Shown here: in pieces, positions 57,696-64,000 of the stretch
Layout of the letters: every line of letters starts with the position of its first letter
Position numbering within the stretch: position 1 is the first letter of the stretch
NCBI GenBank assembly: GCA_009692185.1
Contig: SHZT01000005.1
Location: 84,068 to 148,067 of the forward strand
Source: Gemmatimonadota bacterium
GTDB lineage: Bacteria; Gemmatimonadota; Gemmatimonadetes; Gemmatimonadales; GWC2-71-9
Direction: 5' to 3'
Length of the DNA stretch: 64,000 nucleotides
Program-made: the position numbers and the translations under genes
The notes under the pieces: model-generated
Told to the model about the DNA's origin: nothing
The model's database searches: none
The model's input: only the letters and a program-made list of their open reading frames with translations

Positions 57696-58487
57696 ATGGA
57701 TCTCAAGATCGAAGGCCGGGTCGCGCTCGTGTGCGGCTCCTCGAGCGGTTTGGGCCGCGCAATCGCCCAGGCCCTGGCCGAAGAGGGCTGCCGCGTCGCG
57801 CTGAACGGCCGCGACGCCGGGCGGCTCGAGCGCGCCGGTGAGCTGGTCCGCCGGTCGGGCCGGGGCGACGCGAAGGGCTTTCCGGCAGATGTCAGCGTTC
57901 CGGCTGACGCCGAAGCGCTGGTGCGCCGGGTGCAGGACCATTTCGGCGCGCTCGACATTCTGGTGTGCAACGCGGGCGGGCCGAAGGCCGCGTCGTTCGA
58001 GGACACGCCGGCGGACGCGTGGCAGAAGGCCCTGGAGCTGAACCTGCTGAGCACGGTGCACCTCTGCCGGGCGGCGGTACCGGCGATGCGGGGGCGGCGG
58101 TGGGGGCGGGTCATTTGCCTGACCAGCATCGCCGCCAAGCAACCGGTGACGGGACTCATTCTCTCCACCACTGCCCGGGCCGGTGTGCTGGGCTTTGCCA
58201 AGGCCCTCTCTGACGAGGTCGCCGCGCTGGGTATCACCGTCAACTCGGTGTGCCCGGGGTTCGTGCGCACCGAGCGGGTCGAGGATCTCGCGAGCCAGCG
58301 ATCGGCCCAGACCCGGACCACGAAGGACGAGGTGCTGGCGTCGTTCATCAAGGACGTGCCTGCCGGGCGCATTGGCGAACCCAGGGAACTCGCCGCCGCG
58401 GTCGCGTTCCTCGCTTCCGAGGGCGCGAGCTACATTACCGGCGCCGCGTTGCAGGTAGACGGCGGACTCATTCGGAGCATCCTCTGA
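57696..58487 (+). CDS. SDR family oxidoreductase (FabG-like)
   Basis: ATG 57696 (MDLKIEGRVALVCGSSSGLGRAIA = TGxxxGxG). NAGG is present. The catalytic-region context is S...(T)AR.G..GF.KAL. The PG motif is CPGFVRT. Confidence 0.88.
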   Translation: MDLKIEGRVALVCGSSSGLGRAIAQALAEEGCRVALNGRDAGRLERAGELVRRSGRGDAKGFPADVSVPADAEALVRRVQDHFGALDILVCNAGGPKAASFEDTPADAWQKALELNLLSTVHLCRAAVPAMRGRRWGRVICLTSIAAKQPVTGLILSTTARAGVLGFAKALSDEVAALGITVNSVCPGFVRTERVEDLASQRSAQTRTTKDEVLASFIKDVPAGRIGEPRELAAAVAFLASEGASYITGAALQVDGGLIRSIL

Positions 58488-59518
58488 GAGCCATCATCAA
58501 GCGCACGGCGGGGCCCGGCCTGGAAGTCGCGACCGTGCCCAAGCCGGACTGCGGTCCATCCGATGTACTCATCGGGGTACGGCACGCCGGCGTATGCGGG
58601 ACCGATCTCCATATCGCAGATTGGGACGTGTGGGCCAGCGGCCGCTGCAAGCCGCCGTTCGTGCTGGGTCACGAATTCGCCGGCGAGATCGTCGAAGTCG
58701 GGCGGGACGTCAAGAACGACTTCCAGGCCGGCCAGCTGGTGACCGCGGAGGGACACATCGTGTGCGGGCACTGCCGGCAGTGCCGCACCGGCAACGGGCA
58801 TATCTGCCAGCGAACGCAGATCATTGGGGTGGATCGCGATGGCGCCTTTGCCGAGTTCATCGCGATGCCCGCCATCAACGTCATGACGCTGGACGGCATC
58901 CCGACAACCACCGGCGCCATCATGGATCCCCTGGGCAACGCCTTTCACACCGTGCTCTCCGCCGAAGTCTCCGGGAGCACGGTTCTCGTCCTGGGGTGCG
59001 GGCCGATCGGCTGTTTCGCCGTCGGCATCGCCCGCGCGGCGGGGGCGGCGAAGGTCTTCGCGTCGGACGTGAACGCCACGCGGCTGGCGCTGGCGTGCCG
59101 CATGGGCGCCCACGAAACCCTGAACCCGGCCAGGGAAGACGTCGTCGCGCGGGTCATGGAACTGACGGCGGGCGAAGGGGCGGACCTGGTCTGCGAAATG
59201 TCCGGGCACCCGGATGCAGTGCGGCAGGCCTTCCAGGCAGCCCGGCTGGGCGGACGGGTACACCTGCTGGGCATCCCCAAGGATGCCGTATCGGTCGACC
59301 TTTCGAACGACGTGATTTTCAAGGGACTCACGGTCTACGGCGTGGTAGGCCGGAAGATCTTCGAGACCTGGCACCAGATGCGGAGCTTCCTGGCGTCGGG
59401 CCAGATGGACCCCACGCCGGTGGTCACCCACCAGTTCCCTCTCGCCGATATCCACCGCGCGCTGGACGCCATTCGCTCCGGCGAAGCGGGCAAGGTCATC
59501 CTGGAGATCGGGAGCTAG
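58484..59518 (+). CDS. tdh: L-threonine 3-dehydrogenase; apparent CTG start
   Basis: It is colinear with E. coli Tdh from residue 1 (LRAIIKRTAGPGLEVATVPKPD.. against [22 protein letters not shown]..). The zinc ligands GVCGTDLH, GHEFAGE and CGHCRQCRTG are present. GGAG at 58474-58477 lies 6 nt upstream of the CTG. Confidence 0.88.
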   Translation: MRAIIKRTAGPGLEVATVPKPDCGPSDVLIGVRHAGVCGTDLHIADWDVWASGRCKPPFVLGHEFAGEIVEVGRDVKNDFQAGQLVTAEGHIVCGHCRQCRTGNGHICQRTQIIGVDRDGAFAEFIAMPAINVMTLDGIPTTTGAIMDPLGNAFHTVLSAEVSGSTVLVLGCGPIGCFAVGIARAAGAAKVFASDVNATRLALACRMGAHETLNPAREDVVARVMELTAGEGADLVCEMSGHPDAVRQAFQAARLGGRVHLLGIPKDAVSVDLSNDVIFKGLTVYGVVGRKIFETWHQMRSFLASGQMDPTPVVTHQFPLADIHRALDAIRSGEAGKVILEIGS

Positions 59519-59521
59519 GGC

Positions 59522-60721
59522 ATGCGCGCCTCGGTGGAGCAGCGGCTCACGGCGGAACTCGACCAGTTCAAGCGCGATGGCGTCTACAAGCGCATGAACT
59601 TCCTCGATTCCCCCCAGGCGCCGCGGGTGCAGATGGAGGGACGGGGCGAGGTGATCATCCTGTCGAGCAACAACTACCTCGGCCTATGCACCGTCCCGGA
59701 AGTGGTTCGCGCCGGCCACGAGGGCCTGGACCGGTTTGGCGCGGGCACGGCCAGCGTCCGGTTCATCTGCGGCACGTTCACGTTCCATCGCGAGCTAGAG
59801 GCGGAACTGGCCCGGTTCGTGGGAGCCGAGGCGTCGCTCACGTTTGTGTCGTGCTGGGCGGCGAACGAGGCGGTCTGCCCCACCCTGCTGGGCCCCGACG
59901 ACGTGGTGATTTCCGACCAGCTCAACCATGCGTCGATCATCGACTCCATTCGCCTGGCCCGACAAATCGTGAAATGCCAGAGTGCTGTTTACAAGCATTC
60001 CGACATGGGCGATCTCGAGGAGAAGCTCCAGGCGGCCAAGAGTGCGCGCACCCGGCTGATCTTCACGGACGGCATTTTCTCGATGGAAGGCGACATCGCG
60101 AAACTGGCCGATATCGTCGAGCTCGCCCGGAAATACGATGCCATCGTTGCGGTGGACGATTCCCATGCCACCGGTGTGCTGGGCAAGACCGGCAGGGGCA
60201 CCCCCGAGTATGCCGGGGTCCTAGGCTCGGTGGACATCATTACCTCGACCCTGGGCAAGGCGCTGGGCGGGGCCGCGGGTGGGTTTGTCGCCAGCTCCAA
60301 CTCGCTTGCCGATTACCTGGTCCAGCGTTCTCGCCCCCAGCTCTTTTCCAACGCCCTCCCCCCCACTGTCGCCCTGAGCTCGCTCGCCGCGGTGAAATAC
60401 CTGGGCGCCCACCCGGACCTGGTGGAGAAGCTCCGGGGCAATACCCGGTACTTCCGGGATCAGCTCAAGGCCCGTGGTTTCAAGCCTCTGGACGGCGACA
60501 CCCCCATCATCCCCGTCATTTTGGGGGAAACGGCCAAGGCTATCCAAATGAGCGACATGCTGCTAGATGAGGGGGTCTTCGTGACCGGGTTTGGGTACCC
60601 GGTGGTGCCAAAAGGTGAGGCTCGGGTCCGGTGCCAGATATCGGCAGCCCATTCAAGGGAAGATCTTGATCAGGCCCTCAGAGCATTCGATAAAGTAGGT
60701 CGCCAGTTGAAGTTAGTATAA
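59522..60721 (+). CDS. kbl: glycine C-acetyltransferase (2-amino-3-ketobutyrate CoA ligase)
   Basis: 399 aa in the alpha-oxoamine synthase family. The PLP-lysine region is DIITSTLGKALGG. It lies 3 nt after tdh, the classical tdh-kbl pair. Confidence 0.95.
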   Translation: MRASVEQRLTAELDQFKRDGVYKRMNFLDSPQAPRVQMEGRGEVIILSSNNYLGLCTVPEVVRAGHEGLDRFGAGTASVRFICGTFTFHRELEAELARFVGAEASLTFVSCWAANEAVCPTLLGPDDVVISDQLNHASIIDSIRLARQIVKCQSAVYKHSDMGDLEEKLQAAKSARTRLIFTDGIFSMEGDIAKLADIVELARKYDAIVAVDDSHATGVLGKTGRGTPEYAGVLGSVDIITSTLGKALGGAAGGFVASSNSLADYLVQRSRPQLFSNALPPTVALSSLAAVKYLGAHPDLVEKLRGNTRYFRDQLKARGFKPLDGDTPIIPVILGETAKAIQMSDMLLDEGVFVTGFGYPVVPKGEARVRCQISAAHSREDLDQALRAFDKVGRQLKLV

Positions 60722-60976
60722 CTGTCACATATGCAGCCACTATAATAACACCATAATAACACAATGAATTCTAGCCGGTCACCAGACCGCCCGACATGAC
60801 CGGGAACCGCGGGAATCACACCTCAAGTAGTTTCACAGCCAACGCCCCTAAACCATAGCATAGCAATGGTCTGTGATATGTCCCACCTAGGCGTTACCCC
60901 TCGCGTTTTTCGGGCGACTTCCCTATTTTTGGGGCCCGACCGACGAACGGGCGGTCACATTAGAAGAGGGACACCG

Positions 60977-61639
60977 ATGGACAAGCGTGTGGTACTCCTG
61001 GCGGGTTTGGGCCTGGCGGCGATTTCGGCACAGCCGGCGGCGGCTCAAGCGGACGCGTGGCAGCGGAAGTGGTATTGGGGCGCACAGGGCGGCGTCTTCA
61101 TGTACTCCACTCCGACCACGACCGGGCGGACGAGGGCGATCACGGCCGGGGGCCATTGGCTCATCACCGGCAAGCGATCTGCGCTGCTCATCGGGTTCGA
61201 CCAGATCATGTTCCCAGATTCCACGACGTCCCAGATCCCGGACCCCGTCACACTGACCGGCCTCCGGACGGTGGACTTCACGAGCGGTCGCCGAATCTAG
61301 GCCATGCTGTACGCCATTCCGTCGGATTCCAAGCTCCAGATCATGCTCGGCGGCGGGTTCGCCATCCAGCAGATCTCCGATGCCGCCGGGCGGGGTCCAT
61401 TCCTCACGCTGGCGGAAAAGACCAACACGGACGTCATCGTGGCAAACAATGACACCCGGGCGTTCGCGGTGGTATCGGCGGGGTTCCAGTTCCGGAAAGG
61501 GCGCTGGGCCCTGTTCGCGAACTACCAGTTCATGCCCTCCGCCAAGAACTTCCTGCTCACGAGCGAGCAGCACGCGCTGGCAGCCGGACTGCGCTTCGCG
61601 CTGACCACGGCGCATGAGGAAGTCACGACGGAGAGGTAA
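60977..61639 (+). pseudogene. small outer-membrane beta-barrel protein gene interrupted by an in-frame TAG (61298-61300)
   Basis: ATG 60977 gives the signal MDKRVVLLAGLGLAAISAQPAAAQA plus beta strands up to ..FTSGRRI, then TAG. The same frame continues AMLYAIPSDSKLQIMLGGGFAI...LRFALTTAHEEVTTER. The track shows it as two ORFs (60866-61300 and 61304-61639) in one frame. Confidence 0.6.
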
Positions 61640-61657
61640 ACGCCGACTGATTGCGGC

Positions 61658-61694
61658 AAGAAGGGGAACGGTAGCGTCTACCGTTCCCCTTCTT
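61658..61694. terminator. bidirectional terminator hairpin between convergent genes (perfect 17-bp stem)
   Basis: AAGAAGGGGAACGGTAG-CGT-CTACCGTTCCCCTTCTT. It sits 19 nt after the OMP gene stop and abuts the mpg stop. Confidence 0.7.
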
Positions 61695-62267
61695 CTATCT
61701 GGAAACCCACTCCGAATCCCGCAGGTAGAACCTCAGCGGCCAGTCCACGGCCCGGGTGATCCCTATTCGTGGCCCGTGGACGATGTGGGCCTTCTCGACG
61801 CGGGCGCCCGCCCGTATCCGCAATCGGCCACCCCTGAGCGGCATGCCATTGAGCGCGCCGGTGATCCCCAGTGCCTGGCACAGTTTGGCGGGGCCGGAGC
61901 AGAGGTCCCGGGCATTCGTCCTGCCCCGCCGGCAGCGCATCGAATCCAGCCCGGTCAGCGGCTCGAGTGCCCGGATCAGCACGGCCGCCGGGTAACCCTC
62001 CCGCTCGGTCACCGCGTTCACGCACCAATGCATTCCGTAGGTGAAGTACACGTAGGCGATACCGGGCGGACCAAACAAACGGTCGTTGCGCCGGGTCCGG
62101 CGCCCCTGGTACCCGTGCCCCGCGGGATCGTGCGGGCCGACGTACGCCTCGACCTCGACGATACGCCCCGACGTGACAGCGTTTCGAACGCGGGACTCGA
62201 GGATACACCCTAACAAATCGCGCGCGACCCTTTCGGTGTCGCGCGCGAAAAAACCAGCCGGCAACAA
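61695..62267 (-). CDS. mpg: DNA-3-methyladenine (alkylpurine) glycosylase, Mpg/AAG family
   Basis: FFARDTERVARDLLGCIL....GRIVEVEAYVGPHDPAGHGY.GRRTRRN..LFGPPG.AYVYFTYGMHWCVN matches the Pur_DNA_glyco family. Confidence 0.9.
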   Translation of the reverse strand: MLPAGFFARDTERVARDLLGCILESRVRNAVTSGRIVEVEAYVGPHDPAGHGYQGRRTRRNDRLFGPPGIAYVYFTYGMHWCVNAVTEREGYPAAVLIRALEPLTGLDSMRCRRGRTNARDLCSGPAKLCQALGITGALNGMPLRGGRLRIRAGARVEKAHIVHGPRIGITRAVDWPLRFYLRDSEWVSR

Positions 62268-62273
62268 GGGGCG

Positions 62274-63992
62274 TTACTCCTTGTTGTCCTCTGTCCCCAG
62301 GGCCTTTTGCAAGGCCGCGCTCATACGCTTGAACAAGCTCTTCGGCTCCTCAGGCGGACTGCTCCCCGCAACCCTGGGCGCAGACGGAGCCACCGAAGGC
62401 GCGGGAGGGGCGGGTGGCCGCTGGGCCCGTGGAGGAGCGGGAGGCGCCGGCGTTGGGGCCGCGGCCGGGCGTTCGCTCACGGCAGGTGCGACGGCCGGCG
62501 TAGCGGGAGGGACCGCCCTCTTGGACCCGGACCGGAACCGCACGCTCCGACGGACATCAGCCTGACCCGGCGCTGCAGGCACCGCGGGGGGCGCTGGCCG
62601 CGGGGGTGGAGGTGGAGGTGGGGCGCTGTCATGGGCCGGCTCCCGCTCGACTGGCGAGGCCGATGGGGCAGGACTCGAGCGCGGCTGCTCCTCACGCTCG
62701 GCGCCACGCTCTCCAGCCCTGCCGCGTCCACGGCCGCGACCGCGGCCGCCACGATGCCGCTCGCGCGGCCGTTCGGTCGAATCAGCGGGCGCACCGGGCT
62801 CCCCACCCTCGGGGGCGCTGGGAGCGGCAACGTCCGGCACCGCGTCCGTCGCGGCGCCACGCGCTCCCAGGCGAATCAGGAACGCGTCGTCATCGCCTTC
62901 CGTCTTGACCAGCTCGATGACGGTGGCATCGTGCGCCTGCTTCAACAGCCGGCGGTAGCGCGTCTCTTCGACGATGGGGTCATCCGCGCCAAACCGGGTG
63001 ACCATGCGTTCCCGCACCTGTTCGGCGTCGGTGGCTTCCCCTCCAACGGTGCTCAAGTCGATCAGGATGTCGCGCAGGGCATCGAAGGCCTGGGCGAGCG
63101 TCACGCCCCGCGTGGGAGCCGCCCGTTCGACCCGGTCCCTGCCTCCGCCGCCGCGGCGACCACGGCCACGCGAACCTCCGGGCGGCGCGGGGGTGGCGGC
63201 GACCACCGCCAGGGCAGACTCGACGTCCGCCGAGATGTTGGCATTCGTGCCCAGGTCGATCTCGTATTGCCCGTTATCCAGCTTGGTCAAGCGGATCAAC
63301 CCGCGTGAACTCGCCTCGAGCACGAACTTGCTGAACCGGCTGAAGCCGACCTCGCCCTCGTCGAAATTCGGGTCGATTTCCTGCATGACCTGCTTCAGGC
63401 GATCGGAACGCATGACGTCGCGGTTCTGCTTCATGCGCGTGACGGCTTCAACGACGAGCTCCCAGGGATCGTGCCGCGGGTGCTCGATATCGCTTTCCTT
63501 GGCGAGGCCGGTGAGTTCGTTGTAGCTGTAGTACTCGTCGCAGTTCTGGATCAGCAGGTCGCTGGACGATTCCCGGATCCCGACGCCGATCACGAACTTC
63601 CCGTACTCCTTGAGCTTGAGCACCAGGCTGGAGAAGTCGGAATCGCCGGACAGCAGGATGAACGTGCCGATCTCGGGACGGGTGAACACCAGCTCGAGCG
63701 CGTCAATGGCGAGCCGGATGTCGGTGGCGTTCTTCTTGTTCGACCCGAAGGCCGGGGCGAAGATGAGATCGATGGACGCTTCGGACAGTGGGACGATGTA
63801 TTGCGGGTAGCGCCGCCAGTCGGCATACGCGCGCTGAACCGAGATTTTTCCCTTGAAGACTTCGGAGGCCAGGAGGCGCTTGAGCTGGGTCTGGAGGTCG
63901 GATCGGATGCCCAGCGTCACGTTGTCGAAGTCGATCATCATGGCGGCGTAGGGCGCGTAGGGCGGCGGCTCGAGACCGGTGCCGCCCCGCAA
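62274..63992 (-). CDS. NYN-domain nuclease-like protein with two OST-HTH/LOTUS domains and an RG/Pro-rich disordered tail; 5' end uncertain (may begin at ATG 63941 or run off the window)
   Basis: The NYN core is MMIDFDNV...QRAYADW....NATDIRLAIDALELV.....FILLSGDSDFSSLVLKLKEYGKFVIGVG. The first LOTUS-like module reads DPWELVVEAVTRMK...RSDRLKQVMQEIDPNFDEGEVGFSRFSKFVLEA. The second reads LAQAFDALRDIL.... The tail contains RGRGRRGGGGRDR and RHRGGRGRGRGRGRAGERG. Confidence 0.82.
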   Translation of the reverse strand: MRGGTGLEPPPYAPYAAMMIDFDNVTLGIRSDLQTQLKRLLASEVFKGKISVQRAYADWRRYPQYIVPLSEASIDLIFAPAFGSNKKNATDIRLAIDALELVFTRPEIGTFILLSGDSDFSSLVLKLKEYGKFVIGVGIRESSSDLLIQNCDEYYSYNELTGLAKESDIEHPRHDPWELVVEAVTRMKQNRDVMRSDRLKQVMQEIDPNFDEGEVGFSRFSKFVLEASSRGLIRLTKLDNGQYEIDLGTNANISADVESALAVVAATPAPPGGSRGRGRRGGGGRDRVERAAPTRGVTLAQAFDALRDILIDLSTVGGEATDAEQVRERMVTRFGADDPIVEETRYRRLLKQAHDATVIELVKTEGDDDAFLIRLGARGAATDAVPDVAAPSAPEGGEPGAPADSTERPRERHRGGRGRGRGRGRAGERGAEREEQPRSSPAPSASPVEREPAHDSAPPPPPPPRPAPPAVPAAPGQADVRRSVRFRSGSKRAVPPATPAVAPAVSERPAAAPTPAPPAPPRAQRPPAPPAPSVAPSAPRVAGSSPPEEPKSLFKRMSAALQKALGTEDNKE

Positions 63993-64000
63993 GCGGGTGT

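Noticed and set aside
58250-58483. Canonical upstream start (58250) for tdh
   Set aside because: It would add 78 non-homologous Arg-rich residues and overlap the SDR gene by 238 nt. Homology to Tdh begins precisely at CTG 58484, which has a GGAG 6 nt upstream.

Overview
This is a GC-rich chromosomal core region, roughly two-thirds G+C by eye (not computed). It carries about 60 tightly packed genes on both strands, many with 1-4 nt start/stop overlaps.

Protein signatures point to an FCB-group bacterium such as a Gemmatimonadota member. These are a SusC/SusD pair, a short primary-type sigma factor of about 300 aa, an ATP synthase epsilon lacking its C-terminal domain, and many CarboxypepD_reg/plug-like and beta-barrel lipoprotein genes. 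This taxonomic call is inference only.

Gene content, in order:
- pdhA(3' end)-pdhB-pdhC-lpdA-membrane protein-lipB
- M20 dipeptidase and glnK-amtB
- MFS transporter and tag
- a secreted-peptidase / outer-membrane-protein / aminopeptidase operon
- dnaE-accA-PSP1(RicT-like)-metG
- M23 peptidase, a DsbA-like protein, a CPBP protease and waaA
- two barrel-less plug-like proteins
- the SusD/SusC-like pair and three small outer-membrane or lipoprotein genes
- atpAGDC
- mlaEFD, a Nudix hydrolase and an AraC-type regulator
- a sigma-70 factor
- a 7-gene tRNA cluster: Ala-GGC, Gly-GCC, fMet-CAT, Val-GAC, Arg-ACG, Pro-CGG, Arg-CCG
- a TPR/CsgG-like lipoprotein and a stand-alone HisKA (DHp) mini-protein
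- an M50 site-2 protease, then rho-ruvX-mltG
- thiE, aroH, rlmI, an alpha/beta hydrolase and a CDF transporter
- an SDR oxidoreductase followed by tdh-kbl
- mpg and a NYN-LOTUS protein

I saw no transposase, integrase, CRISPR array, prophage or recognisable defence or toxin-antitoxin system. I cannot claim a clear novel multi-gene system. The many long alternative-frame ORFs in the track are shadow ORFs typical of high GC.

The most unusual observations are:
1. Three near-identical tandem 79-bp units, each starting with the first 18 nt of the initiator tRNA, sit directly upstream of the intact tRNA-fMet.
2. Two envelope genes are each split by a single in-frame TAG, both in a CTAGG context.
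3. A family of intergenic 'stutter palindromes' is built from 8-9 nt tandem motifs (GGCGGATG / GGGCAGGAC) on one arm and their complements on the other.
4. tdh has an N-terminus that fits only a CTG start with a well-spaced GGAG. A second possible CTG start lies upstream of a lipoprotein-like gene.
5. A 62-aa HisKA-only protein is translationally coupled to an unknown 95-aa protein.
6. A NYN-LOTUS-LOTUS protein carries an RG/RGG-rich tail.
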